From NCBI GenBank assembly GCA_963779145.1, contig CAVZXJ010000044.1, positions 25,799 to 57,798 on the forward strand: a DNA stretch of 32,000 nucleotides, in the 5' to 3' direction. The position numbers and the translations under genes are program-made. Origin of the DNA: an uncultured Alphaproteobacteria bacterium. GTDB lineage: Bacteria > Pseudomonadota > Alphaproteobacteria > Rhizobiales > Aestuariivirgaceae. The stretch's first letter is position 1, and each line of letters opens with the position of its first letter. Of this stretch, positions 1 through 10,419 are shown piece by piece. The notes beneath the pieces were generated by a model. It did no database searches and was not told the origin of the DNA. It saw nothing but the letters and a program-made list of their open reading frames with translations.

Positions 1-3000
1 AGGTCTCAGGTGGTGATGGCGCTGGAGACATTATCGATACCGTTGAGAACCTGACGGGTTCCGCCCTTAACGACGTGCTGACAGGCGATACTGGTGTCAA
101 CGTGATTGATGGCGGTGCTGGCGATGATAGGATCTCGGGTGCTTATGGTGCAGACACCCTGATTGGTGGTGCTGGGGTCGATACAGTTGTTTACGTCGAT
201 GCGGCAACCGTGAACCTGGCTTTGGCCACAGCACAGGTTGCCGGTCAGACGCAGACGCTTTCGGGTTTTGAGAACATCACGGGCTCGAGCAGCAGCGACA
301 CGTTGACGGGTGATGCGAATGCCAATGTGATTGACGGTGGTGACGGTTTTGATACGATTGTTGGCGGTGCAGGGGCAGATACGCTGATCGGCGGACTTGG
401 TGGTGACACCGTGAGCTATGCGGCTTCTGCTGCGGGCGTGACGGTCAATCTCAACCTTCTAACGGCTCAGGTCTCAACGGGTGATGCGTCTGGCGACATT
501 CTGTCAGGCTTTGAGAGCATCACCGGCACAGCTCTTAATGACACACTGACGGGTGATGCCAACGCCAATACACTTAATGGTGGAGCGGGCAACAATACGT
601 TGAATGGCAATGATGGCAATGACCGTCTCTATGGTGGCACAGGTACCAATACACTGAATGGCGGCAATGGCGACGATGAGTTCTATGTTGGGGCTGGTGT
701 CGAAACGATCATTGGCGGAGCTGGCGTTGATTTAGCTTTTTATGATTACTGGGTCTCAACGACAGGCATCACGGTCAATCTCAATCTGGCCACGGCTCAG
801 GTATCGACGGGTTTTGCATCTGGAGACATCCTGACTGGTATTGAGAATGTGTATGGCACCAGTTTTGCTGATACGCTGACAGGTGATGCCAATGCGAACT
901 TCCTGCATGGCAGAGGTGGTGGCAATGACACGCTTGTTGGTGGAGCCGGTGACGACTCGCTCTATGGTGGATTTTCTGCGAGCGTAGACAACGACACGCT
1001 GATTGGCGGTGCTGGTGCTGACATATTGTATGGTGGTGGCGGTGTTGACGTTGCGAGCTATGTGGGCTCGACGGCGGGGGTTACTATTGACCTTCGTGTG
1101 AAGACGGCACAGGTCTCAGGTGGTGATGGCGCTGGAGACATTATCGATACCGTTGAGAACCTGACGGGTTCCGCCCTTAACGACGTGCTGACAGGCGATA
1201 CTGGTGTCAACGTGATTGATGGCGGTGCTGGCGATGATAGGATCTCGGGTGCTTATGGTGCAGACACCCTGATTGGTGGTGCTGGGGTCGATACAGTTGT
1301 TTACGTCGATGCGGCAACCGTGAACCTGGCTTTGGCCACAGCACAGGTTGCCGGTCAGACGCAGACGCTTTCGGGTTTTGAGAACATCACGGGCTCGAGC
1401 AGCAGCGACACGTTGACGGGTGATGCGAATGCCAATGTGATTGACGGTGGTGACGGTTTTGATACGATTGTTGGCGGTGCAGGGGCAGATACGCTAATCG
1501 GCGGACTTGGTGGTGACACCGTGAGCTATGCGGCTTCTGCTGCGGGCGTGACGGTCAATCTCAACCTTCTAACGGCTCAGGTCTCAACGGGTGATGCGTC
1601 TGGCGACATTCTGTCAGGCTTTGAGAGCATCACCGGCACAGCTCTTAATGACACACTGACGGGTGATGCCAACGCCAATACACTTAATGGTGGAGCGGGC
1701 AACAATACGTTGAATGGCAATGATGGCAATGACCGTCTCTATGGTGGCACAGGTACCAATACACTGAATGGCGGCAATGGCGACGATGAGTTCTATGTTG
1801 GGGCTGGTGTCGAAACGATCATTGGCGGAGCTGGCGTTGATTTAGCTTTTTATGATTACTGGGTCTCAACGACAGGCATCACGGTCAATCTCAATCTGGC
1901 CACGGCTCAGGTATCGACGGGTTTTGCATCTGGAGACATCCTGACTGGTATTGAGAATGTGTATGGCACCAGTTTTGCTGATACGCTGACAGGTGATGCC
2001 AATGCGAACTTCCTGCATGGCAGAGGTGGTGGCAATGACACGCTTGTTGGTGGAGCCGGTGACGACTCGCTCTATGGTGGATTTTCTGCGAGCGTAGACA
2101 ACGACACGCTGATTGGCGGTGCTGGTGCTGACATATTGTATGGTGGTGGCGGTGTTGACGTTGCGAGCTATGTGGGCTCGACGGCGGGGGTTACTATTGA
2201 CCTTCGTGTGAAGACGGCACAGGTCTCAGGTGGTGATGGCGCTGGAGACATTATCGATACCGTTGAGAACCTGACGGGTTCCGCCCTTAACGACGTGCTG
2301 ACAGGCGATACTGGTGTCAACGTGATTGATGGCGGTGCTGGCGATGATAGGATCTCGGGTGCTTATGGTGCAGACACCCTGATTGGTGGTGCTGGGGTCG
2401 ATACAGTTGTTTACGTCGATGCGGCAACCGTGAACCTGGCTTTGGCCACAGCACAGGTTGCCGGTCAGACGCAGACGCTTTCGGGTTTTGAGAACATCAC
2501 GGGCTCGAGCAGCAGCGACACGTTGACGGGTGATGCGAATGCCAATGTGATTGACGGTGGTGACGGTTTTGATACGATTGTTGGCGGTGCAGGGGCAGAT
2601 ACGCTAATCGGCGGACTTGGTGGTGACACCGTGAGCTATGCGGCTTCTGCTGCGGGCGTGACGGTCAATCTCAACCTTCTAACGGCTCAGGTCTCAACGG
2701 GTGATGCGTCTGGCGACATTCTGTCAGGCTTTGAGAGCATCACCGGCACAGCTCTTAATGACACACTGACGGGTGATGCCAACGCCAATACACTTAATGG
2801 TGGAGCGGGCAACAATACGTTGAATGGCAATGATGGCAATGACCGTCTCTATGGTGGCACAGGTACCAATACACTGAATGGCGGCAATGGCGACGATGAG
2901 TTCTATGTTGGGGCTGGTGTCGAAACGATCATTGGCGGAGCTGGCGTTGATTTAGCTTTTTATGATTACTGGGTCTCAACGACAGGCATCACGGTCAATC

Positions 3001-3952
3001 TCAATCTGGCCACGGCTCAGGTATCGACGGGTTTTGCATCTGGAGACATCCTGACTGGTATTGAGAATGTGTATGGCACCAGTTTTGCTGATACGCTGAC
3101 AGGTGATGCCAATGCGAACTTCCTGCATGGCAGAGGTGGTGGCAATGACACGCTTGTTGGTGGAGCCGGTGACGACTCGCTCTATGGTGGATTTTCTGCG
3201 AGCGTAGACAACGACACGCTGATTGGCGGTGCTGGTGCTGACATATTGTATGGTGGTGGCGGTGTTGACGTTGCGAGCTATGTGGGCTCGACGGCGGGGG
3301 TTACTATTGACCTTCGTGTGAAGACGGCACAGGTCTCAGGTGGTGATGGCGCTGGAGACATTATCGATACCGTTGAGAACCTGACGGGTTCCGCCCTTAA
3401 CGACGTGCTGACAGGCGATACTGGTGTCAACGTGATTGATGGCGGTGCTGGCGATGATAGGATCTCGGGTGCTTATGGTGCAGACACCCTGATTGGTGGT
3501 GCTGGGGTCGATACAGTTGTTTACGTCGATGCGGCAACCGTGAACCTGGCTTTGGCCACAGCACAGGTTGCCGGTCAGACGCAGACGCTTTCGGGTTTTG
3601 AGAACATCACGGGCTCGAGCAGCAGCGACACGTTGACGGGTGATGCGAATGCCAATGTGATTGACGGTGGTGACGGTTTTGATACGATTGTTGGCGGTGC
3701 AGGGGCAGATACGCTAATCGGCGGACTTGGTGGTGACACCGTGAGCTATGCGGCTTCTGCTGCGGGCGTGACGGTCAATCTCAACCTTCTAACGGCTCAG
3801 GTCTCAACGGGTGATGCGTCTGGCGACATTCTGTCAGGCTTTGAGAGCATCACCGGCACAGCTCTTAATGACACACTGACGGGTGATGCCAACGCCAATA
3901 CACTTAATGGTGGAGCGGGCAACAATACGTTGAATGGCAATGATGGCAATGA
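1..3952 (+). repeat. In-frame 1110-bp (370-codon) tandem super-repeat, 3.56 copies in the window (1-1110, 1111-2220, 2221-3330, 3331-3952); it may continue upstream of the window
   Basis: The string aggtctcaggtggtgatggc recurs at 1, 1111, 2221 and 3331. Line-by-line comparison shows identity apart from G386 versus A1496/A2606/A3716 (CTG/CTA, synonymous Leu). Copy 4 diverges from nt 3953 (gaccgtctct versus gatatattga). Confidence 0.97.
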
Positions 3953-5084
3953 TATATTGATTGGTGGGGTAGGCATAGATACCTTGTCTGGTGATGGTGG
4001 CAACGACACGCTTCGCGGTGGAACCGAGGCCGACAATCTTATTGGCGGCGCTGGAGATGACTATCTGGTAGGAGGTGCGGGATCTGACGCCTTAACCGGA
4101 GGAACCGGGTTTGACCTTGCCTACTATGGTGATTCAACAGTTGCTGTTACTGTTGACTTGAGCTTGTCTACAGCTCAGATTTCCACGGGCGATGCCTCGG
4201 GCGACATTCTTTCAGCCATTGAGAGCGTGACGGGCTCTGGTTTCAACGATCTTCTAACGGGCGATGCTAATGCCAATATTCTGGATGGTGGTTATGGTAA
4301 CGACACTCTGAAGGGCGGTGCAGGAAACGACACTTTGATTGGAGGAATTGGTACTGACACGCTCTTTGGGGGTGAAGGAATAGATACAGCAAACTATTCT
4401 GGCTCTACTGCAGGTGTTACTGTCAATCTCAATCTCTCAGTTGCTCAGATTTCAAATGGTGATGCGTCTGGCGATATTTTCCTTGGCGTTGAAAACGTCC
4501 TTGGTTCGACTTATGCCGACACCTTAGTTGGCGATGAGAATGACAACGTTTTAGATGCTGGGGCTGGAGATGACGTTCTAGAAGGTGGGGTTGGCTCAGA
4601 CACCATCATAGGTGGGTTGGGAAATGATACGGTAACCTATCTTAGATCGACGGATGCAGTCACGATTGATTTAAACATCTCTACTTTTCAGCTTTCTGGT
4701 GGACACGCGTCAGGTGACATGATCTCAGGGGTGGAGAAAGTTGTTGGCAGTCAATTCAATGACAAGCTGGTCGGTAATAACAGCAACAACGTACTTACAG
4801 GCGGACTTGGGGCCGATTTTCTTACCGGGGGCGCCGGAAACGACACATTTGTTTTTGCAACAGGATTCGGCAAGGATAAAATCTCTGATGTCCAAGCAGG
4901 AAATGGTGCAACTGATGTTTTGCAGCTTTCACTTGGAACAGCTTTCGATACTTTTGCTGAAGTGATGGCAGTCTCTACCCAAGTCGGAGCGGATACAGTT
5001 ATAACCATCAGCGCCAATGACACCATCACGCTGACAGGACTGCTCAAGACTTCGCTCGTGGCGGATGATTTCATATTTGTCTAG
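1..5084 (+). CDS. Giant RTX / hemolysin-type calcium-binding repeat secreted protein, 5'-truncated by the window edge (probable type I secretion substrate, adhesin-like)
   Basis: The reading frame is open from the window edge (first full codon at nt 3); the track start at 75 is an internal GTG. The translation is dominated by GGxGxD nonapeptide motifs ([49 protein letters not shown]). These alternate with modules of the form VxYxxSxAGVTVNLxLxTAQVSxGDAxGDxLxGxENxxGS. A non-repeat C-terminal ~100 aa ends in LVADDFIFV, the usual position and style of a T1SS C-terminal signal. Stop TAG is at 5082-5084. Confidence 0.9.
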   Translation, partial: VSGGDGAGDIIDTVENLTGSALNDVLTGDTGVNVIDGGAGDDRISGAYGADTLIGGAGVDTVVYVDAATVNLALATAQVAGQTQTLSGFENITGSSSSDTLTGDANANVIDGGDGFDTIVGGAGADTLIGGLGGDTVSYAASAAGVTVNLNLLTAQVSTGDASGDILSGFESITGTALNDTLTGDANANTLNGGAGNNTLNGNDGNDRLYGGTGTNTLNGGNGDDEFYVGAGVETIIGGAGVDLAFYDYWVSTTGITVNLNLATAQVSTGFASGDILTGIENVYGTSFADTLTGDANANFLHGRGGGNDTLVGGAGDDSLYGGFSASVDNDTLIGGAGADILYGGGGVDVASYVGSTAGVTIDLRVKTAQVSGGDGAGDIIDTVENLTGSALNDVLTGDTGVNVIDGGAGDDRISGAYGADTLIGGAGVDTVVYVDAATVNLALATAQVAGQTQTLSGFENITGSSSSDTLTGDANANVIDGGDGFDTIVGGAGADTLIGGLGGDTVSYAASAAGVTVNLNLLTAQVSTGDASGDILSGFESITGTALNDTLTGDANANTLNGGAGNNTLNGNDGNDRLYGGTGTNTLNGGNGDDEFYVGAGVETIIGGAGVDLAFYDYWVSTTGITVNLNLATAQVSTGFASGDILTGIENVYGTSFADTLTGDANANFLHGRGGGNDTLVGGAGDDSLYGGFSASVDNDTLIGGAGADILYGGGGVDVASYVGSTAGVTIDLRVKTAQVSGGDGAGDIIDTVENLTGSALNDVLTGDTGVNVIDGGAGDDRISGAYGADTLIGGAGVDTVVYVDAATVNLALATAQVAGQTQTLSGFENITGSSSSDTLTGDANANVIDGGDGFDTIVGGAGADTLIGGLGGDTVSYAASAAGVTVNLNLLTAQVSTGDASGDILSGFESITGTALNDTLTGDANANTLNGGAGNNTLNGNDGNDRLYGGTGTNTLNGGNGDDEFYVGAGVETIIGGAGVDLAFYDYWVSTTGITVNLNLATAQVSTGFASGDILTGIENVYGTSFADTLTGDANANFLHGRGGGNDTLVGGAGDDSLYGGFSASVDNDTLIGGAGADILYGGGGVDVASYVGSTAGVTIDLRVKTAQVSGGDGAGDIIDTVENLTGSALNDVLTGDTGVNVIDGGAGDDRISGAYGADTLIGGAGVDTVVYVDAATVNLALATAQVAGQTQTLSGFENITGSSSSDTLTGDANANVIDGGDGFDTIVGGAGADTLIGGLGGDTVSYAASAAGVTVNLNLLTAQVSTGDASGDILSGFESITGTALNDTLTGDANANTLNGGAGNNTLNGNDGNDILIGGVGIDTLSGDGGNDTLRGGTEADNLIGGAGDDYLVGGAGSDALTGGTGFDLAYYGDSTVAVTVDLSLSTAQISTGDASGDILSAIESVTGSGFNDLLTGDANANILDGGYGNDTLKGGAGNDTLIGGIGTDTLFGGEGIDTANYSGSTAGVTVNLNLSVAQISNGDASGDIFLGVENVLGSTYADTLVGDENDNVLDAGAGDDVLEGGVGSDTIIGGLGNDTVTYLRSTDAVTIDLNISTFQLSGGHASGDMISGVEKVVGSQFNDKLVGNNSNNVLTGGLGADFLTGGAGNDTFVFATGFGKDKISDVQAGNGATDVLQLSLGTAFDTFAEVMAVSTQVGADTVITISANDTITLTGLLKTSLVADDFIFV

Positions 5085-5104
5085 CGGCAATCATGGTCGG
5101 TGTT

Positions 5105-7417
5105 TCATTCCCCCACCTTCTTTTCCAATGCATGTGCCTCAGGAACACCCATTGCTGTCAGCCAATTGAGGATTTGATTGGTTTCTGTGATGTGACTTTT
5201 GGCGACCTCAAGAATACCAACTTTGTCGTTCAAGGCAGTTTGAAGCCAGCCAACCAAACGCTTGTCCAAGCCATGTTCAATGTAGAGTTGGCGATTTTCA
5301 GGTTGTCTTTGTTTCCATTTGTGCGCGCTTGCCAAGAAGAAGGGCAACAGCACTGCTCGTGGTAAAATTTCCAGCAAGTTCATAGTCAAAATAGAAGTAA
5401 AAGGCACAGAACCTTCTTCGATCAATTTAGTCAGCTGGGGTAAAAATGGTTCTATGCTTTCGAGGGCCTTCGAATAGAGATAGCATGACGAACCACCAAA
5501 TGGTCCATGTTGGTTGAAGAATAAGACTGCGAATGCTGGGCCAAGGTTCATTTCGATTGTCAGCGCAGTTTCGTCACGTGCGTTTTTCCAGCCGTACGAA
5601 TACCTCAAACGACCACTAACAATTGCTCTAATTTTCAGAGCAACGTCCAAGTTCAATCCTTTGCCATTGAAATAGCTTGTGTCTGCCGCACGAACTATGA
5701 TTGTCGCAACATCATAAAAGGCCTCGTCAGGAACATCAACAAGCCGATTAAGAATGGCCTCAAATTCATTCAAATCAACAATCGGCCAAACCTCAACGAG
5801 CAGCCCAAAATATACCTCATTCCACTCACGACCTCCTCGGTCGTCTGTGCTGGCCTGCTGTTCAAGTCCGCCGCCATTTGCAGCCCATGTCCAATCGTCG
5901 TAGCTCTTGACAAAGCCCGTTGGCCAGGCACGGTCTGTTTCATTGATTTCGCGCGTCAATTCAGTGACCCAACGAACTGCTGAATGAACCATAAGTTCTT
6001 CAGTTGGTTCTTTTTTGCGGGAATGCTTTACGTCTTCAATGTCTTCTGTAAATCCGATCCTAATGCCCCTTCGGATGCTTAACTGATGAGTTGGTAGACG
6101 TGGCCAATCGGGCTCCGCTCCCTCTCCAGCTAACCATTCCATCTCTTTTTGTATTGCTGACTTCACACGATCTTTACGCGCAGATTCATCTTTGGCAGCT
6201 TTTTCATCTCCATCCTGCCATGAGCGAATGCGTTGAACTTGCGCGACGAGTGCGCAACGCAACAATGAACGAACCAATTTAATGTCCTTCTCGCGAACCA
6301 CAGAAGTGGCTGCGCCGAACCCTTGAGCCGCTGTGGGATCTTTTCGCACGACAAGATCAAACAATTGATTTCGATCCGTGACTTTATCTGTCCGTTTCCA
6401 GATGTGAATCTGTCCTGCAGCAGCTATTGCAACTGGATTGAAGCGCAGTCCATTCCGGTACCGTGCTCCAACATCATTTTCAGTGTTTTCCAACACATCA
6501 GAAAGAACACTCCGCACCCAACTTTCGTTCTCTTGAAAAACCTCGGGGGATCCATCTCGGCACACCAGCAGCGCGACGCCAGCAATTGTGTTTACCTTGC
6601 CCGCAACGACATCAGTTTCTGTGTTTGATGGAGATTGAAGCTCCTTGGCATAGGCGACAGCCTGCCCCAATAGCTCCGGAGACGATTTGGAAGGGTCCTC
6701 CAACGCTAGTTGAATTCCAGCGCCAGTATTCAAGGTTTTCAAGCTATCAGAGCGAGAATTTTCGAGTTCCCGGGAATGTGCCATTTCTTCGGCTGACGGG
6801 ATGTAGTGATAACCACCTTCAACCAGTTGCCAATTTTCCGGTGTAAGAAGATTTATGGCATGGCGAGCCATCAATCGCGGTTCGGCAAAACTATCCCCGT
6901 GCTGTGGTTCCCCAAGCCAATTCGATGTGACTTGCAACTTGGCTCTCAGAGAATCCCAATCTTGCAACTTATTCACAGCATAGTGGGGCAGTAGTGCCTC
7001 AAGAGCGTGGCTGCGCGATGGCCTTTTCTTCAAGTCCGTGAGAGTAACAGACCCCTTAGGTTCTTTGTCCAAAAAATTCAGAGAACTACGCGCATCAATT
7101 TGATCGTGACCCAATCGGCTGCGTTCCATTGCCAAGAGTTCTGGGCAAGCCAAAAATGGCAAGGCGACGGATGATGTCTTTGGCCATTGCGAAATGATAA
7201 CATCGACAGCTACTAGTACGAATGCAGCGCAAGAACCGGGTGGCCCAAGGATGTCTCGAAAAACTTGTTCCACAGGCTCGGCTTTCTCGATCCGCTGGTG
7301 TGACCAAGCCTCAAGTGCGAGAAGTCCGGAAGTTATCGCGTATCCATTCAGGGAACCTCGAGACCAACCGTAACTCTGAAGCCAGGGCCAGCTTCGCTTG
7401 CCATCTTGGAATTCCAA
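5105..7417 (-). CDS. NTPase fragment 3: large C-terminal region of unknown function (putative sensor/helical domain)
   Basis: This 770-codon ORF converges on the RTX gene stop 20 nt away. Its sequence is Trp-rich and helical-looking from the first residues (DGKRSWPWLQSYGWSRGSLNGY), and I recognise no domain. It starts at a TTG with no obvious Shine-Dalgarno, consistent with being a continuation rather than an independent gene. Confidence 0.75.
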   Translation of the reverse strand: MEFQDGKRSWPWLQSYGWSRGSLNGYAITSGLLALEAWSHQRIEKAEPVEQVFRDILGPPGSCAAFVLVAVDVIISQWPKTSSVALPFLACPELLAMERSRLGHDQIDARSSLNFLDKEPKGSVTLTDLKKRPSRSHALEALLPHYAVNKLQDWDSLRAKLQVTSNWLGEPQHGDSFAEPRLMARHAINLLTPENWQLVEGGYHYIPSAEEMAHSRELENSRSDSLKTLNTGAGIQLALEDPSKSSPELLGQAVAYAKELQSPSNTETDVVAGKVNTIAGVALLVCRDGSPEVFQENESWVRSVLSDVLENTENDVGARYRNGLRFNPVAIAAAGQIHIWKRTDKVTDRNQLFDLVVRKDPTAAQGFGAATSVVREKDIKLVRSLLRCALVAQVQRIRSWQDGDEKAAKDESARKDRVKSAIQKEMEWLAGEGAEPDWPRLPTHQLSIRRGIRIGFTEDIEDVKHSRKKEPTEELMVHSAVRWVTELTREINETDRAWPTGFVKSYDDWTWAANGGGLEQQASTDDRGGREWNEVYFGLLVEVWPIVDLNEFEAILNRLVDVPDEAFYDVATIIVRAADTSYFNGKGLNLDVALKIRAIVSGRLRYSYGWKNARDETALTIEMNLGPAFAVLFFNQHGPFGGSSCYLYSKALESIEPFLPQLTKLIEEGSVPFTSILTMNLLEILPRAVLLPFFLASAHKWKQRQPENRQLYIEHGLDKRLVGWLQTALNDKVGILEVAKSHITETNQILNWLTAMGVPEAHALEKKVGE

Positions 7418-8613
7418 TTCGATAGAGTCATCATTGGGTCAGCGTCACCAAAATAGAAGCCTAACGCGTGTGCTACAAGCTCACGAATGAGGCGAAGCCC
7501 TTGCTCTGGCGCGGCCTGCAGCAAACCAAGAAACGGCCCCATTGCCGGTGAACCCGGAAGAAAGTCGCTGTCGAGATAGGTGAATGGCGTTTTGGGGTCG
7601 CTTTCCATTGCGTGCCGCTTCTGCGATTTCTTACTTATCAGCGCTGTAAGAGTAACGTCAACCAACTCCGCTGGCGCTGCCTCAGGCAACGTGCCCGCGT
7701 AGCGAAGGATATCTTGTAGAATGTGATCTGGATGTCTTTTGCCCACCAAGCGACTGAGGTACTTCCTCGCTGTTTCGGGGGCGTGTTTCGCTACCAAAAC
7801 GTAGGCGAGACGAGTGTCTTCTCCTAATCTGTACAACTCACTGTGCGCAAAGGCTTTGGCAAATCGCGGTGCGTCCTGCTGGAATGACAAGTGACTTTGC
7901 GCGTCCTCAATTTCTTCGATCCAAGTAGCGAGAAATTCCGCGGTCTTTGCTGCATAAGGAGCAATGAATAATGTGCTTACCGTAAATTTTTGCAACAGGT
8001 TTACGACATCGGGCGCAGCGCTGATTGGAAGTGTTTCCTGGTGCCCTATCAACCAAACCACCAATCGCGCCCATGAGCCGTTAGATGGGGCGTGGATTCC
8101 ACGATCTATTTTGCTTCCGTCTTGACCAAGGTCTCGCATCCAATCTCTGAGTGGTCTGGACTCAATGGCGACTGCCGTTCTTACCAGTTCTTTTAGAAGC
8201 TCACCGTTATTTTCGAACAACCTTTGTTGCATCGCGTCCAAAAGTTTAGAAGAAATTTCAGATCTCAGAATTGCTAGGAGTGGACCTCGTCTCCAAGACG
8301 CATGGGCACCGTCAGTAGAAGCGATTGAGAATATCTTGTCCCACTTATTGGAGTTGCTCTCACCTTCCAAAGCCCAACGAGCCGCGAGTTCCAAACCGCG
8401 TATCAAAGGCGACGGGATCGGATTCCTGATGTCGAGTTTTTGAAAACTTGTTGAATCTTCCGTCAGTCGAGCAGCAATTGCCCAATCACGGAGGACATGG
8501 TGTCGAAAGGCAAGTCGATCAAGCGACAGCTCGTGGATTGTGCCGCGGGCAATCAATCCATCAATAATCTCCGGGGCAACAACTTGGTCCAGATATTCGT
8601 GACCCTCAAGCAA
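7348..8613 (-). CDS. NTPase fragment 2: helical middle region (the frame is actually open up to nt 8838)
   Basis: This 421-codon ORF has a TTG as its only nearby start. Its upstream extension is protein-like, as described in the composite entry. The content is alpha-helical-looking (LRDWAIAARL, LELAARWALEGE, LLKELVRTAVAIES). It ends 70 nt inside the next fragment. Confidence 0.7.
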   Translation of the reverse strand: MLEGHEYLDQVVAPEIIDGLIARGTIHELSLDRLAFRHHVLRDWAIAARLTEDSTSFQKLDIRNPIPSPLIRGLELAARWALEGESNSNKWDKIFSIASTDGAHASWRRGPLLAILRSEISSKLLDAMQQRLFENNGELLKELVRTAVAIESRPLRDWMRDLGQDGSKIDRGIHAPSNGSWARLVVWLIGHQETLPISAAPDVVNLLQKFTVSTLFIAPYAAKTAEFLATWIEEIEDAQSHLSFQQDAPRFAKAFAHSELYRLGEDTRLAYVLVAKHAPETARKYLSRLVGKRHPDHILQDILRYAGTLPEAAPAELVDVTLTALISKKSQKRHAMESDPKTPFTYLDSDFLPGSPAMGPFLGLLQAAPEQGLRLIRELVAHALGFYFGDADPMMTLSNWNSKMASEAGPGFRVTVGLEVP

Positions 8614-10205
8614 GGCATCTGCAAGATCAGCAAGAAGTCTCTGCCGTTCACGTCGTTCTGCAATCGGAGCATCAGCTGTGTTCCACCAAGACTTAACAAG
8701 GTCAACCTGAGTCTTGATGAGTGACGCATCTCCTGTTTCCAGAAGTCGCGATAATCGAAATAGATTTCGGGCGACAGCTTGTGCGGGTGTCCCTGAGCTA
8801 GCAATGCCTTCAATTTCGGTGAAGATACACTCAGCTCTTCAACTTCATCCGTGCTGAGCTCATCTATTTCAACGGTCTCAATTGGTCCGAATGGAGCCAA
8901 TATGTCCATGGACAGCCAACTCGGATCAAGTTTGCCGAAGTCAGTTCTGGCGGTAACAATAACTTGGAAGCCTGAAATCTTCGCCGCCGCACTTACCAAA
9001 TCTCTAACCGTCGTCTGTTTGCTGACGTCCTCAAAGAAGTCCAAGCTGTCGACGAACAGAACGGCGCCTCCACTGCTTGCCAAATCTCTCAGAAAATCTT
9101 CCGGCGACATGTCGATCCGGAATTGCGCTTTGAAGGCTGGCCATCCTCCACCAACAGTTCGATTGGGAGAAAGCACAATGGCGCGAGATTGCTGGCATGC
9201 TTCTTCAATTTGAATACGCATAAGTCCGGACTTTCCAACTCCGGCGCTTCCGCGGACTTCAATGAAGCGACCTTTTTCGCGCGCATTCCGAATGCGGTCT
9301 GAGATTGTCAATCTTGCCAACTCCACTCCACCAATTTTCTTGGGAAAGTCGTGAACAGCCAGCTCGGCAACCTCAGCCAATGTATGGCGGGCAAACTGAG
9401 TGGAATACGATCCGGCAAGCCGCAACGACTTTACAGTTGCCACGTATTCCAATAGCTTTTGGGTGTCCAAACTCCCTCCTACGCTCGCACTGGCGACTGC
9501 ATGTTCGACAAGCGCACTCCAAAGCGCATTTGCTTTCGACTTTTCGTCTGGATGAAGAAGTGTGCGACATCTTTCACGGGCCAATTCTTCAGAAGCTGAC
9601 TCAGCGGACTCGAAGTCAAAGACCAGTATTTGAAATCGCCTCAGAATTTGCCAGATGGTTTCATCATTCGAATCAATCTCACCAAGTGATAGATGTGTTC
9701 GAATTGTTTCGACGAAAATGCGCATTGATGCATTGCCAACGCCGCTTCGATTGACGCGTTCCATCAATAGTTTTGAAGACTCAACTGCCTTGGCCCAGTT
9801 GATGATATCTTGGTATGGCCCATAAGCCTTCGCAGAGCTTCTCGCAGTTGCCACGGCAAACTGATGGCGTGTGCCGGATAGGTCCAGATTGTGAAACGCT
9901 TTTCCAATTTGCGTGATAACGTCGCAAAACACGTGGTCGCTAGGTGAAAAACTAATGGAACGCTTTACCTGAATTTCGAGAATAGATGTTTTACCAGAGT
10001 TCAATTGTCCGCGAACAACTACGTCATCCAGAGGATGACCTTCAGCCGCACGCTGTAGTGAAACACCGCTGATCTGCATTCCGGGAAAACCCCGAGGGTC
10101 TGACTTTTCCAACATAGTGAGCAGATAATGCGCGCCGACTTGCCCTTCGAAATGGGAGCCCGCAGGTCCCGATGAGGTGGGACTCGAAAATTTCTGGTCA
10201 GGCAT
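8553..10205 (-). CDS. NTPase fragment 1: tentative PD-(D/E)xK-like (Cap4/Mrr-like) N-terminal domain plus NACHT/STAND-like P-loop module
   Basis: Walker A is VRGSAGVGKSGL (nt ~9228-9251). Walker B-like is AVLFVDSLDFFED (nt ~9042-9065; the D-[GS]-L-D pattern resembles NACHT). It is followed by FQVIVTARTDF, resembling the NACHT hhhTSR motif. The N-terminus reads GSHFEGQVGAHYLL...PLDDVVV...SILEIQVKRS (D...E/Q-x-K style, nt ~9963-10028). The last ~75 codons of this ORF (below nt ~8785) look out of frame. Confidence 0.8.
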   Translation of the reverse strand: MPDQKFSSPTSSGPAGSHFEGQVGAHYLLTMLEKSDPRGFPGMQISGVSLQRAAEGHPLDDVVVRGQLNSGKTSILEIQVKRSISFSPSDHVFCDVITQIGKAFHNLDLSGTRHQFAVATARSSAKAYGPYQDIINWAKAVESSKLLMERVNRSGVGNASMRIFVETIRTHLSLGEIDSNDETIWQILRRFQILVFDFESAESASEELARERCRTLLHPDEKSKANALWSALVEHAVASASVGGSLDTQKLLEYVATVKSLRLAGSYSTQFARHTLAEVAELAVHDFPKKIGGVELARLTISDRIRNAREKGRFIEVRGSAGVGKSGLMRIQIEEACQQSRAIVLSPNRTVGGGWPAFKAQFRIDMSPEDFLRDLASSGGAVLFVDSLDFFEDVSKQTTVRDLVSAAAKISGFQVIVTARTDFGKLDPSWLSMDILAPFGPIETVEIDELSTDEVEELSVSSPKLKALLAQGHPHKLSPEIYFDYRDFWKQEMRHSSRLRLTLLSLGGTQLMLRLQNDVNGRDFLLILQMPCLRVTNIWTKLLPRRLLMD

Positions 10206-10419
10206 GGGTTTCTCGTAACCTAATGAATCATTGGGGCCTCGATTCCGATAGTCAGCGACGAAACGTCATCTTAAGCAATAGTGAAATTTTCCGTTTCAGG
10301 CGATTTCAGAGCTGGACTTCGAAGCGAAAGGAAGCCTTGCTGTTGAAGGCCCGCATAAGATTGCGGGCTTTGGGTGGTACCGGGGCCAATTGTGATGTTC
10401 CGGTAAAGGAGAACCATCC

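Larger units (their letters stand above)
5105..10205 (-). pseudogene. Composite: one ~1700-codon STAND/NACHT-like P-loop NTPase gene interrupted by two -1 frame changes (the three ORF fragments listed next)
   Basis: The frame of ORF 7348..8613 stays open and protein-like for 75 more codons upstream of its TTG (to nt 8838). It reads ...TEIEGIASSGTPAQAVARNLFRLSRLLETGDASLIKTQVDLVKSWWNTADAPIAERRERQRLLADLADAL-LEGHEY, with no start codon. Meanwhile the tail of ORF 8553..10205 turns unnatural (MRHSSRLRLTLLSLGGTQLMLRLQ...). ORF 5105..7417 begins at a TTG only 7 codons after an in-frame stop and overlaps the previous ORF by 70 nt. Both downstream frames are -1 relative to the upstream one. Confidence 0.55.

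Noticed and set aside
1..3952. Whether the regular repeats could be a CRISPR array, IS copies or a duplicated mobile element
   Set aside because: The period is 1110 bp with no spacers. The repeats are in frame inside one continuous RTX reading frame and encode Ca-binding modules.
3797..5074. Short ORFs in other frames of the RTX gene (3797..4036, 4741..4965, 4751..5074)
   Set aside because: They sit inside a strongly supported coding frame. Their products are Ser/Pro/Val-rich mirror images of the Gly/Asp repeats.
5085..5104. Expected bidirectional terminator between the convergent RTX and NTPase genes
   Set aside because: The gap is only 20 nt and contains no convincing stem-loop.
7418..8838. 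Programmed -1 ribosomal frameshifting as an explanation for the NTPase junctions
   Set aside because: I could not find an X-XXY-YYZ slippery heptamer in either permitted interval, or an obvious downstream stem-loop. Simple 1-nt loss is more parsimonious.
10349..10368. Hairpin GCCCGCA-taagat-TGCGGGC followed by TTT in the divergent intergenic region upstream of the DUF3489 gene
   Set aside because: It has only a 7-bp stem with a 3-T tail, and no upstream plus-strand gene to terminate. I cannot distinguish it from chance.
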